NCBI GenBank assembly: GCA_946539445.1
Contig: CAMNHK010000003.1
Coordinates: forward strand, 1,746 to 65,745
Reading direction: 5' to 3'
Origin: an uncultured Bacillales bacterium
GTDB lineage: Bacteria > Bacillota_I > Bacilli_A > RF39 > UBA660
Length of the DNA stretch: 64,000 bases
The stretch's first letter is position 1. Each line of letters opens with the position of its first letter. Positions 19,144 through 28,209 of this stretch are shown one piece after another. Below the pieces are notes generated by a model, which worked only from the letters and a program-made list of their open reading frames with translations, did no database searches and had not been told where the DNA came from. The position numbers were made by a program, and so were the translations under genes.

Positions 19144-21447
19144 TCACCTAACAACCCGGAAATAAGCCAAAATAGTTGTATTTCCCCACGGATAATGTTG
19201 CCATAAATTAGTAGAATGACTACCAGGATCCATCATATTAACAGTATCTCCTGATACAGAGTCAATAGCAACCCAGTGTTGACCAGTATTTCCTTTTACT
19301 TCTGCAACTACATATACATCTTTTTGACTAACTAGTTCTTTAATTTTATTTAATTTTTCTTCCCTAGACATAGTAGCTACATTGATTCTTCCTTGAAATT
19401 GGAAGTTAGGAGCAATTTCGGAAACAGATCTCCATACAAAATTTCCTCCAGCAAAACCACCATGACTACTTAAATATTCTACAAAAGTCCCTGGATTAAA
19501 ATTGGCTACTTTTGTAGGTACTCCACTTTTCGCAACCAAAATAGCGACAGAAGTTGCTAAACAACCAATTTGATGAATCGTATAACCACTAGATCCAATT
19601 TTTACTTCTGACCAAGGTCCTTCAAATTGTTTCCATTCCGCATATTCTCCACTAGAAACACCACAATATGTATTATCCGCTTTACAACTAGCTTTATCGA
19701 CACTAGAAGCTCCATAGTTTCGAGTTCCTTGATTATAAACTTGGAGTAAGATTTGTTTATATTTTAAACCACTATTAGCAAGAGAAATAAACTGATTTAC
19801 TTCTGCTTGTTGATAACCAGTATAAACAATATATCCGTCACTATTGGTAACAACTTCCCCACTGGTTTGACTAGAATATGTACGAAGAATAGAAGTAAGA
19901 GGAAGCGGATTCTTGTGATATCCATTATCATGATCTAATCCACTATATATTTGCCCCCATTGTGCCGAAGAACCAGAACAACCTTTATCCGGGTCACAAT
20001 ACACTTGATCCTGCGAACAAGCTGCTACTTGAAGAATCCATTTATCATCACTCTTCTCTAAAGTTCTCCAACCACCAACATCTGCATGACGTGCTAAGAT
20101 ATAACTTCTAGCTGCTACCATTTGCGCTTTAACAGCATCTTCTGGAGCATCTTCTCCCATAATATTATAAGTAACTCCTAAAATATATTTTTCAAAAGGA
20201 ACTAAATCTTCACCTTCCAATGGTTGACCAAATACTCCACCATAGTTGTGACCACTAGCAGTACCACATTGCATAAGACGAACATATAAATCCGACACTT
20301 GAATACTTTCGGTAACATTTCCCTTACCACGAATCGCATACCCTTTTATATCATAAGCACAATTATTAGCCGCACAATATGTAGTACTTTTATCAGAACT
20401 TTTTCCAATTAAATCATAATAATCCTCTACATAATCCAAAACCTCTTGAGCAATTCTCTCTCTTTGATCACTGGTTGTTTTAGGTAAATAACGCGGAATA
20501 ATCGTTTGAATCAAATTATCCTTGAATGTATATTCACTATAAGTACCATCACGAAGCATAGCCTCTGCAAACTCACGAATCACCGCATCCGTCATATCAT
20601 TATAATCGAGATCAGCACCATTATTTTTTAGCACATGATAAACAGCTACTAGCTTCAAAGGGTCAATCTCTACTCCTTGAGCTTGATAAGCTAATTTAAT
20701 ATCATTAACCCGATCATAAAAGGCTTGTTGTTCCTTGGTAGAAGCTTTAAAATAAAGATTTCCTGTATCTTCCCCAGTGGTTTGACTAATACCAAAAGCA
20801 TCTTCATAAGAAGAAATAACACCTGTAACACTAGCAAAAATGACAACAAAAACTAACAAAGCAAGTAAGAATGGTGCAAAAACAAATAAAACAACATTCA
20901 TAACTCCACCAAGAGCTAATCTTCCAAGAAGTCCTCCTCGTTTTTTTTCTTTTTCCTCATCATTCTCTTTTGGTTTATTCTCTTCTTCTGTAATAGAAGA
21001 TTTTTTCTCACGAGAAGAAGGAAGAGAACTACTTGGTTCTCCTCCTGAAACATTACTAGCATTTGGTTGATTGACAACATTAGGATCTTTTTTAGGAAAG
21101 GTATCTCCCTGTCCTTGACTCCTATTATACATAGCAGCAGCATTTCCTATAGCGTCACTAGCACCACTTTCATTTAGACGATTAGATGCATTTTGTAAAG
21201 ACTTACCAACCGGAGAAACTTTATTAGCTGTAGACACAGCTTTTCCTAAAGCTTCACTACTAGCTCCTCCAGTTGCTTTATCGAGTCCTTTCACAACCGC
21301 TCCTGCCCCTACTGCATATGGATTACCAGAGGCAATCGCAACATCAGCAGCATTACGAATATTATTCGCATTATTTGCATCATTACGAGCTTTTTCTAAT
21401 TCCGGATCATCATATCGATTTGCCTCATATGCCACTGATATCACCAC
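19144..21447 (-). CDS. Multidomain T4SS-associated cell-wall hydrolase (SpoIID-like plus papain-like Cys peptidase domain)
   Basis: 767 aa. G/A/N/S-rich cytoplasmic N-terminus, one TM (VVLFVFAPFLLALLVFVVIFASV) and a SpoIID-like signature DAVKAQMVAARSYILA. The C-terminal domain has nucleophile context YTIHQIGCLATSVAIL, then GQHWVAIDSV and MMDPGS (Cys-His-Asp, C39/CHAP-like). Confidence 0.7.
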   Translation of the reverse strand: MVISVAYEANRYDDPELEKARNDANNANNIRNAADVAIASGNPYAVGAGAVVKGLDKATGGASSEALGKAVSTANKVSPVGKSLQNASNRLNESGASDAIGNAAAMYNRSQGQGDTFPKKDPNVVNQPNASNVSGGEPSSSLPSSREKKSSITEEENKPKENDEEKEKKRGGLLGRLALGGVMNVVLFVFAPFLLALLVFVVIFASVTGVISSYEDAFGISQTTGEDTGNLYFKASTKEQQAFYDRVNDIKLAYQAQGVEIDPLKLVAVYHVLKNNGADLDYNDMTDAVIREFAEAMLRDGTYSEYTFKDNLIQTIIPRYLPKTTSDQRERIAQEVLDYVEDYYDLIGKSSDKSTTYCAANNCAYDIKGYAIRGKGNVTESIQVSDLYVRLMQCGTASGHNYGGVFGQPLEGEDLVPFEKYILGVTYNIMGEDAPEDAVKAQMVAARSYILARHADVGGWRTLEKSDDKWILQVAACSQDQVYCDPDKGCSGSSAQWGQIYSGLDHDNGYHKNPLPLTSILRTYSSQTSGEVVTNSDGYIVYTGYQQAEVNQFISLANSGLKYKQILLQVYNQGTRNYGASSVDKASCKADNTYCGVSSGEYAEWKQFEGPWSEVKIGSSGYTIHQIGCLATSVAILVAKSGVPTKVANFNPGTFVEYLSSHGGFAGGNFVWRSVSEIAPNFQFQGRINVATMSREEKLNKIKELVSQKDVYVVAEVKGNTGQHWVAIDSVSGDTVNMMDPGSHSTNLWQHYPWGNTTILAYFRVVR

Positions 21448-21460
21448 CTAACTGATTGCT

Positions 21461-23251
21461 TTAGAATCCTCCACCAATTCCGAAGGAATCTAATTCTTCT
21501 TGCGTAACCGCAACATTAATTCTCATACGTCTATTTCCACATACAAATAGAGCTTCTCCTTGAGAATAATGTTTAATACTTTCTTTCTCACTTTCATTTA
21601 AATCAATTAATAAAGATAAATCTTCTACTGCTTGCTTACGCAAACCCATAATTAAATAATAAGAAGAGTTATCAAAGATTGCTTTTCCTTGCGTAATAAC
21701 TGCAGGATCAGAAAAATCACTAGGTTGTTGAGTAATAATAACCGTACCAGTATTATACTTACGAGCACGTCTTTGTACTTGTGCTAAGAAATCTGCTCCA
21801 AGAGCATTATTATCTCCTAACAAGACATGCGCCTCATCAACCATTAATACCGTATCTACATTAAAATCTAAGCATAATCCCCAAGCATATTTCAATACAT
21901 TAAAGAATAATGCATTTTTAATAGTAGAATCACTATTCATAAGTTCTTTAATATTAAATACCATGAAGTCACTACCCTTTTTAATCGTAGTATGACCATC
22001 AAAATAGAACTTTAATTCTTTTACAATAGGACGAACCTTTAACTCAAGTCTTTCCATTATATCTCTCTCTTGAGTTTGTTCTGTCATAGACATAAGTCTT
22101 CCTCGTATCGTTGCATAAACATCACTAAAGGTTGGATAATCTTGTGAAGTATAACGAGAAAAATCAGTATTAAAATCAATTCCAAATCTCTTATAAGTAT
22201 CTTGTACAATCTCAGAAAACATCGTTAAAACATCTTCTTCAATAGAAGGATCATAATACTTCATAAAAGCCTTTAAAAATTGTAAGGTTCTTGTTAAAAC
22301 TGTATAACCAAGACCTTGTTTAATCTCTTCTTCATCCGCATCGATAACAATTTCAAGTGGATTGATTAATCCAAACTCTCCACCTTTACCTATATCCACA
22401 GTATCTCCACCATAAGCACGAGTTAATTCTCTAAACTCATCTTCTGGATCAATAATAACAATTTGACAACCATTACGAATATGAGTTCTAAGTAACAACT
22501 TAGCAGCGGTAGATTTTCCAGAACCAGAAGTACCAAGAATAATCATATTAGCATTGTTACGGTTGTTTTCTTTTCGTATTTTATATAAAAATTGATTAAA
22601 TAAGATAACACCACCAGAGAAATCTACTCCTAATAAAGTAGAAAGTCCTGGATCTTTAATACTATCAAAAATGAATGGATACATAGCAGACATTGTAATA
22701 GATGGAATTGGCGTACCAATTCTTTGTTCAATATCTTGAGCTGGGAAAATAGGAAGAATAGACTTCAATACTTTTTCTTGTTCAAAGCGTAGAGATATAG
22801 CACGTAATTCCATGGCATCCAAATAATTTTTAACATTTAATTTTTTTAATTCCAAATCTTCTTTTGTATCAGCTGTAATCATAATATGCATTTGAAAATC
22901 AAAGTTACGAGCTTGAGACCCTGCAATCATGGAAGTAAAGTACTCCAAACTTTCAGCATCTTGACGAATTCTTTCACGAACCGTCTGGTCTCTTTCATCT
23001 TGATAACGTTGTTTTAATTCAGCAACCTGCTTATTTAACATCTTTTGCATATCTTGAGCAGGCACAGGAATATGTTTAACAACAACTTTAATACCAGACA
23101 TATTTGTTAAAGAAGATAAATAACCTGGTGTAATATACTTAGGATAAGAAACAACAGTTAAGATAGTCGCATACTTATCGCTAATAATAAAATCACTTGG
23201 TGAGAAATGTAGTCCCTTAGGAGCTAACTGACTTCTTAAACCTGTACTCAT
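21461..23251 (-). CDS. VirB4-family T4SS ATPase, C-terminal (ATPase) part
   Basis: 596 aa. Walker A MIILGTSGSGKSTAAK and Walker B VLMVDEAHVLL. The N-terminus (LAPKGLHFSPSDFIISDKYATILTVVSYPKY) matches the middle region of Firmicutes VirB4/TrsE-like proteins. ATG overlaps the TGA of the upstream ORF (ATGA at 23248..23251). Confidence 0.88.
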   Translation of the reverse strand: MSTGLRSQLAPKGLHFSPSDFIISDKYATILTVVSYPKYITPGYLSSLTNMSGIKVVVKHIPVPAQDMQKMLNKQVAELKQRYQDERDQTVRERIRQDAESLEYFTSMIAGSQARNFDFQMHIMITADTKEDLELKKLNVKNYLDAMELRAISLRFEQEKVLKSILPIFPAQDIEQRIGTPIPSITMSAMYPFIFDSIKDPGLSTLLGVDFSGGVILFNQFLYKIRKENNRNNANMIILGTSGSGKSTAAKLLLRTHIRNGCQIVIIDPEDEFRELTRAYGGDTVDIGKGGEFGLINPLEIVIDADEEEIKQGLGYTVLTRTLQFLKAFMKYYDPSIEEDVLTMFSEIVQDTYKRFGIDFNTDFSRYTSQDYPTFSDVYATIRGRLMSMTEQTQERDIMERLELKVRPIVKELKFYFDGHTTIKKGSDFMVFNIKELMNSDSTIKNALFFNVLKYAWGLCLDFNVDTVLMVDEAHVLLGDNNALGADFLAQVQRRARKYNTGTVIITQQPSDFSDPAVITQGKAIFDNSSYYLIMGLRKQAVEDLSLLIDLNESEKESIKHYSQGEALFVCGNRRMRINVAVTQEELDSFGIGGGF

Positions 23252-23808
23252 ACTGGCATCACCGTTCCAAACTCTGTAGTATTTCCACCATTTAGGAAAT
23301 TCTCAAGAACTAATCGTAAATCGGAATTACTTACCAAAGAAGCATTCAATCCACAAGTAGCTAATCCATTGATCATTTGACGAACTCTCTTTTGAAGTAA
23401 GTCCGTATCCTTTGTTTTAAATAAGAAATAATATTCCGTATCAACAACATTATTTCGTATAAAAGTCTCTCCTTTTTCAATATCTTGCATAATTAATTTT
23501 CGAATAGCAGGAGAACTCGTTTCATTTAATAATAATTGCATTTGTGACATATAAACAGAAATGTCAACAGGTCTATCAGCAACAATTAACCAAAATTCAT
23601 AATCAATTGTATTATAAAAATTACGAAGTCCAATTAATATATTATCTTGTGTATCAGGGTCTAAGATAAAAATATTTCTTGGAGTAATTTTTACACCACT
23701 CACTTTAAATCCATCGCGAGTGATAATCATATTATTCTGAATGGCTCTTACAGGTAACCAATCTTCTGTAAAACCACTACTACTTCCTTTTTGTTTTTGT
23801 GATGACAC
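23248..23808 (-). CDS. VirB4 N-terminal domain encoded as a separate ORF
   Basis: 186 aa. FTEDWLPVRAIQNNMIITRDGFKVSGVKITPRNIFILDPDTQDN resembles the N-terminal region of Gram-positive VirB4 homologs. 186 + 596 aa adds up to the usual length of about 780-830 aa. Confidence 0.6.
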   Translation of the reverse strand: MSSQKQKGSSSGFTEDWLPVRAIQNNMIITRDGFKVSGVKITPRNIFILDPDTQDNILIGLRNFYNTIDYEFWLIVADRPVDISVYMSQMQLLLNETSSPAIRKLIMQDIEKGETFIRNNVVDTEYYFLFKTKDTDLLQKRVRQMINGLATCGLNASLVSNSDLRLVLENFLNGGNTTEFGTVMPV

Positions 23809-24106
23809 TTCTATAACACCAACCTTTCCATCTATATGTTTGACGTTCTGTCAAAAACTCATATAATTCAATAACAATATTTAACATATTATGATAATAA
23901 GGAACCGGCATTACTAGGAATCCAGTAATTAAAGCCGGACTTAATATCAAAATAGTTACAAACGTACTCGATAGTGGAAGAAAAGCTAACAGAATTACTG
24001 TCACTAAAATTCCACTTCCAAATAATGCTAAATCAAAAGGTCGGAACAATCCTAATATCAATTGCCCCCTTTTGGTATTAGCTGGAATTAAATATTGATT
24101 ATACAC
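23780..24106 (-). CDS. VirB3-like / PrgI-TcpE-like small membrane protein
   Basis: 108 aa. Short N-terminus (IPANTKRGQLILGLFRPFDLALF) followed by two TMs. Located immediately upstream of VirB4, as in other T4SS loci. Confidence 0.5.
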   Translation of the reverse strand: MYNQYLIPANTKRGQLILGLFRPFDLALFGSGILVTVILLAFLPLSSTFVTILILSPALITGFLVMPVPYYHNMLNIVIELYEFLTERQTYRWKGWCYRSVITKTKRK

Positions 24107-24126
24107 TAACTATCACACTCCTGTTT

Positions 24127-26256
24127 TTATTTCTTTGCTTGATCATTTGCATTACGCATTCTCTGACGCATATCATTTTGTTGATTAGCAATGACATTAT
24201 TAGCAGCTCCAATAGCTTTACCGTATGTATCAATACGATCAACATCGTAATTTCTGAAGTTTTGAGCAACAGCTGCATCTTGTAATCCAGAAACATCCAC
24301 ATCTTTGGCTTTTGTAAAGGCATCGGAACGTTTTTTGTATAGTTTTCCACCGGCTTTAATGTTATCGGCATAACTAGTTCCACCAGATTTAAAGCTACCA
24401 ACACCACCAGCTTGGTAAGCACGAACTTGTGCTTTCAAGTTGTCATCCATAATAGATTTCGTGAAGATATTGGCATCATAATCCACTCCAGCAATCGTAA
24501 CTTTACCATCATGAGCAGAAGCAACTGCACGTTCAACTTCTTCGTAACGAGCATTGAATAAAGTATTACCAGCAGCATCTTTAAATGCAAATGCACCACC
24601 TTGAATCTTTGCCTCATCTTCCAAAGCAGTTTTCCAATCTCCTTGAGCCTTAACCCAATCTTGAGCACCTTTTGCAATATTATTACCTTTCGTAGATAAT
24701 GAACGTCCTGTAAATAATCCATAACCCGTACTTCCTAAACGACCTAAAGCAGTTGAATGGGCAGCACGCATAGCATTTCTTTGATTTTGAGCTTGAATTA
24801 CACTCTTAGCAGAAGCATCTTTTCCAAGTAAAGCGCCTGCTCCAGCAATTCCTCCACTAATTCCTCCAAGTAAAGCAGACCCTGCATTACGAGCAAAATT
24901 AAATCGACTATTTGGATGCAACTCAGCATTTTCTTCCTTGGCAGCACGCCAACCTGTCGCAGCAGAACCAATCGTTCCAAGTCCCGCAGCTCCAACAGCT
25001 AAAATATCTCCAAATCCACCAAATAGTTTTCCACCATCGTCTTTTAAACCTAAAACCTGTTTAATAAACTTAGGTGCTTGTTTGGCAAATACAAATAATC
25101 CAATAAAGATTAAGATAGCTGTCATTGTACCTAAAATTCCAGAAGAATGTAAAATTGGTAATCCATTGGTACAAATATCTTGAATAATAAAGATAACAAA
25201 ATATACAGTTGCTAAACGAATAAATAAATCCAAATAAGTAGAAGATAAAACTTTTACCCACGAACTAAATGCATTATCTTTTGATCCTTTAGGATCCATA
25301 TAACTAATAATTGGAATTGGTGCAATTAAACGTAAAACAGCAAGTTTTACAGAACGAACAGCAATATCCACCGTAAAACTCAATAAAATAAAGACAAAGA
25401 TAAATCCAACTAAAGTAGACCAAAAAGGAATATAAGCCAAGATATAACGATCATTTCCAGAAAAATGAGAAGTAAAACGATTGGCTACTCTCTCAATGAA
25501 AGTCTCCGTTCCATCCGAATTACAAGTTAGAGTAACCATACTTAAGATTTCTCCTGGTTCCGCATCAACTCTTGTATAAGCGGATAACAATTCATCATCA
25601 ATATCTTTACAAACACGGTTATCATTGAAGACTGCATCATCTTTTCCATCCTCATGTTTCGGTCTTTGACCTTCTGGTAATAAATTAATACGATAAAAAC
25701 CTTTCAAAATAGTAGCCGTAAAAATTCTAGAAGATTTTTTCAATTCATTTTCATTCGAATCCGATGACAAATAATCCATAGAATCCGCATCACTACCTAA
25801 AATTAATCGACCAATTGTATTATTACTTAAAATACGGTGTTGCAAAGAATACAAAGTACCAAATAACAAACCATTGTTATTGATTTGCATTTCATATTCA
25901 TTTCTAGGAGAACCAAAATTAACAGGAACTAATACCGTTAATAATACCAAAGAAGTAATAATTCTAGTAATTAAATTACCAGCTCCTGATTTAGAATCCG
26001 TAAAGGTATCCGGATTCATAATTCCCTTTAAAATCGTCATAGCAAGTTGAAACATCATAAAAACTCCAATGATTAATTGGACTCTTCCATAAAAATTCAT
26101 AATAGTTTCATTGGCGAAAAGATCGGCAGAAGCTACATTGAAAAACAATTGATAAACCAACGTTAATAGCCAATAGACTCCTCTATCAAGGAAAGAGAAT
26201 AATCCTCGAAACAAGTCTTGGGTCACGCTGGCAGGTTCAATAAAAGACTCACCCAT
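24127..26256 (-). CDS. VirB6-like polytopic T4SS channel protein with long G/A/N/K-rich tail
   Basis: 709 aa. About 6-8 TM segments in the first ~430 aa, then a ~280-aa hydrophilic low-complexity tail. Position between the VirB2-like and VirB3/VirB4 genes. Confidence 0.6.
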   Translation of the reverse strand: MGESFIEPASVTQDLFRGLFSFLDRGVYWLLTLVYQLFFNVASADLFANETIMNFYGRVQLIIGVFMMFQLAMTILKGIMNPDTFTDSKSGAGNLITRIITSLVLLTVLVPVNFGSPRNEYEMQINNNGLLFGTLYSLQHRILSNNTIGRLILGSDADSMDYLSSDSNENELKKSSRIFTATILKGFYRINLLPEGQRPKHEDGKDDAVFNDNRVCKDIDDELLSAYTRVDAEPGEILSMVTLTCNSDGTETFIERVANRFTSHFSGNDRYILAYIPFWSTLVGFIFVFILLSFTVDIAVRSVKLAVLRLIAPIPIISYMDPKGSKDNAFSSWVKVLSSTYLDLFIRLATVYFVIFIIQDICTNGLPILHSSGILGTMTAILIFIGLFVFAKQAPKFIKQVLGLKDDGGKLFGGFGDILAVGAAGLGTIGSAATGWRAAKEENAELHPNSRFNFARNAGSALLGGISGGIAGAGALLGKDASAKSVIQAQNQRNAMRAAHSTALGRLGSTGYGLFTGRSLSTKGNNIAKGAQDWVKAQGDWKTALEDEAKIQGGAFAFKDAAGNTLFNARYEEVERAVASAHDGKVTIAGVDYDANIFTKSIMDDNLKAQVRAYQAGGVGSFKSGGTSYADNIKAGGKLYKKRSDAFTKAKDVDVSGLQDAAVAQNFRNYDVDRIDTYGKAIGAANNVIANQQNDMRQRMRNANDQAKK

Positions 26257-26269
26257 TCTGCATCACCTC

Positions 26270-26704
26270 TTAACGTATACCACAAGTTGGATCAGAAACC
26301 AATCCAAAAACATCTAATAAAACTTGAACAATAGTTGGAATAAAGAATAAACTAGCAGCTAAAATTAAACGCATTCCTAGTTTTTTCTGAGCCTTGGCCA
26401 TAGAATCATCATCACTTTTAATAATAACTTTGGCAAAGTCTACACTACTCAAAACCACAACAAGAAGTGGTCCAACTACTTTAATAAAATTCAAAATTTG
26501 TTGTAATAACCAAGCCACAGAATTCTCATCACTTGGATTACCCAAAGCTCCATCGCAACTCATTACAAGTCCAGAAAAAGAGCTAATATTTAACACTGGA
26601 TTTACTTGCTGAATACTATCAACAGTAATTGTTTTAGCAGACACAACTGGTCCCATCATAAATAAAACAATAATCAATAGTATCATAAACCATTTTTTTG
26701 CCAT
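26270..26704 (-). CDS. VirB2/TrbC-like hairpin membrane protein (with signal peptide)
   Basis: Start at MAKKWFMILLIIVLFMMGPVVSAKT (ATG 26704 after GGAGTG). Two TMs separated by the loop KVIIKSDDDSMAKAQKKLGMR. Paralogous to 26792..27121. Conserved Cys before TM1 (MSCDGA) and at the C-terminus (DPTCGIR). Confidence 0.45.
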   Translation of the reverse strand: MAKKWFMILLIIVLFMMGPVVSAKTITVDSIQQVNPVLNISSFSGLVMSCDGALGNPSDENSVAWLLQQILNFIKVVGPLLVVVLSSVDFAKVIIKSDDDSMAKAQKKLGMRLILAASLFFIPTIVQVLLDVFGLVSDPTCGIR

Positions 26705-26748
26705 AAAATCACTCCGCAAAATATTATATCATAATAAGTATATCAAAA

Positions 26749-26777
26749 CAAAAAAAAAATAGCAATGAAATTACTAT
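26749..26777 (-). terminator. Intercistronic hairpin + T10 (terminator/attenuator) between the two VirB2-like genes
   Basis: Minus strand ATAGTAAT-ttc-ATTGCTAT (8 bp including one G-U) followed by 10 T, 15 nt after the stop at 26792. Confidence 0.4.
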
Positions 26778-26791
26778 TTTTAAAAAGCACT

Positions 26792-27121
26792 TTACCCTGC
26801 TGCTCTCCAGCAACTTTCCCAACTAGTAGTATTACCTTCTCCACCTTGAGCAACCATATTCATTAATACAGTTACAAGAGTAGTGACAAAGAATACAAGT
26901 GCCGCATAAATAAATCTTTTAATTAATCTACTTTGTGCAGCTTTAACTTCTTTTTCATCACTGGCAATAACGGCTTTACCTAAGTCAATCGTTCCTAAAA
27001 TAATCAAAATAATAGGAATTCCTAATTGAACCAATGGGAACAATCCTTTTTTAATAACTCTTACGATAGGTAATAAACCTCCACAGCTATCAATAGCACC
27101 AATTTGAAATAAATTTGCCAT
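26792..27121 (-). CDS. VirB2/TrbC-like hairpin membrane protein
   Basis: Start at MANLFQIGAIDSCGG (ATG 27121 after AGGAGAGG). Two TMs separated by KAVIASDEKEVKAAQSRLIKR. Cys before TM1 (DSCGG) and near the C-terminus (WESCWRAAG). Confidence 0.45.
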   Translation of the reverse strand: MANLFQIGAIDSCGGLLPIVRVIKKGLFPLVQLGIPIILIILGTIDLGKAVIASDEKEVKAAQSRLIKRFIYAALVFFVTTLVTVLMNMVAQGGEGNTTSWESCWRAAG

Positions 27122-27176
27122 AACAACCTCTCCTTCACTAAAAATTATAATATTATCCACGAAATTTGTCAATTCA

Positions 27177-28193
27177 TTAACGCCTAAATAAGCCAAATAT
27201 TTTACTACTTACACCAATAGAAGAAGTATTATTTCGATTCAAAACACCCAACTTGGATAAAAAATCTCCAATGATAGCATTTCTCTTTCGCTCATCTAAT
27301 GGTGGCATATTATAAAACACTTTAATACCAGCTTCACTTTCAAAATCAAATACATCTGTATTTAATAATAAACTCTTATTTAGAATAACTTTACGATTTA
27401 AAAGTTTATTAAATATAATACGATTTCTTTTAACCAATTTATTCAATTTAATAGTACTAGGTTCTAATAAGTAAATAACATCTCCACAAAAACTATCATC
27501 TTGACTATTATTTAAATCCACCAAAATAACATTAGCAGAGGTATACTTTTGAATCACACTTTTTACTTCTACATCTCTAGCAGAAATCATATTTTTTTCA
27601 TTAAAGAACGAAAAATCATTTTTCCCAACTTCAATAGCTACTACTTTATCTTGTCCAAGTAAAATCGATAATTCCTTTTTTAACATATAAATAAGCGTAG
27701 TAGCACCAGCTTGCTCCGTAACATTTTTAAATCCAATGATCATAGCACTATTATGAACATTGGGACTAACGGTAGTAACACTAGCTCCCGTTTCAGCAGA
27801 AAGTTCCGCATTTGCCATTCCACGAATGTGCTCTACATCTTTTAAAGTATTTGATTTTTTAATCAAATACTTAACTCCATTCATATTCGTAGTAAAGTTA
27901 TAAATACCCATCGATATCAAATGGCTTAAAAAGTTAGGAGTACATAACTGAGTACCCTCAGGAAGTAATAAGATTAATTTATCTGGATCCAATCCCTTCG
28001 ATAAAATATCATACGTTCTTAATTCTTGATAATTCTTAAGGGCGGTAACATCCAAAATCATTTTATTATAAAAAAAACTTTTGAACATTTCTACTAATTC
28101 AAGAGCATCAAAAGAACCACTGATACTTTTTATAATATCAATGTCTAAATTTGATAAAGCATTTTGTTGCTCATTTGCTACGATTACATTCAT
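27177..28193 (-). CDS. TadZ/CpaE-like protein (pseudo-receiver plus degenerate ParA/MinD-like domain)
   Basis: 338 aa. The second half has a P-loop-like segment IIGFKNVTEQAGATTLIYML lacking the Walker lysine, as reported for atypical TadZ proteins. The call rests on this segment and on position next to the Tad genes. Confidence 0.35.
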   Translation of the reverse strand: MNVIVANEQQNALSNLDIDIIKSISGSFDALELVEMFKSFFYNKMILDVTALKNYQELRTYDILSKGLDPDKLILLLPEGTQLCTPNFLSHLISMGIYNFTTNMNGVKYLIKKSNTLKDVEHIRGMANAELSAETGASVTTVSPNVHNSAMIIGFKNVTEQAGATTLIYMLKKELSILLGQDKVVAIEVGKNDFSFFNEKNMISARDVEVKSVIQKYTSANVILVDLNNSQDDSFCGDVIYLLEPSTIKLNKLVKRNRIIFNKLLNRKVILNKSLLLNTDVFDFESEAGIKVFYNMPPLDERKRNAIIGDFLSKLGVLNRNNTSSIGVSSKIFGLFRR

Positions 28194-28209
28194 CGCTCAT
28201 CAACACCCT

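Noticed and set aside
20941-20948. T8 homopolymer (A8 in the coding strand) inside the hydrolase gene as a phase-variation switch
   Set aside because: Runs of 7-10 A/T are common throughout this AT-rich window, including in housekeeping genes and intergenic terminators. There is no evidence for length variation from a single sequence.
24099-25261. Five track ORFs (24099..24422, 24435..24722, 24798..24995, 25070..25261 minus; 24938..25183 plus) overlapping the VirB6-like gene
   Set aside because: All are alternate frames within a 709-aa ORF that has coherent TM topology. The locally lower AT content simply removes stop codons. None has an SD sequence or a sensible start context.
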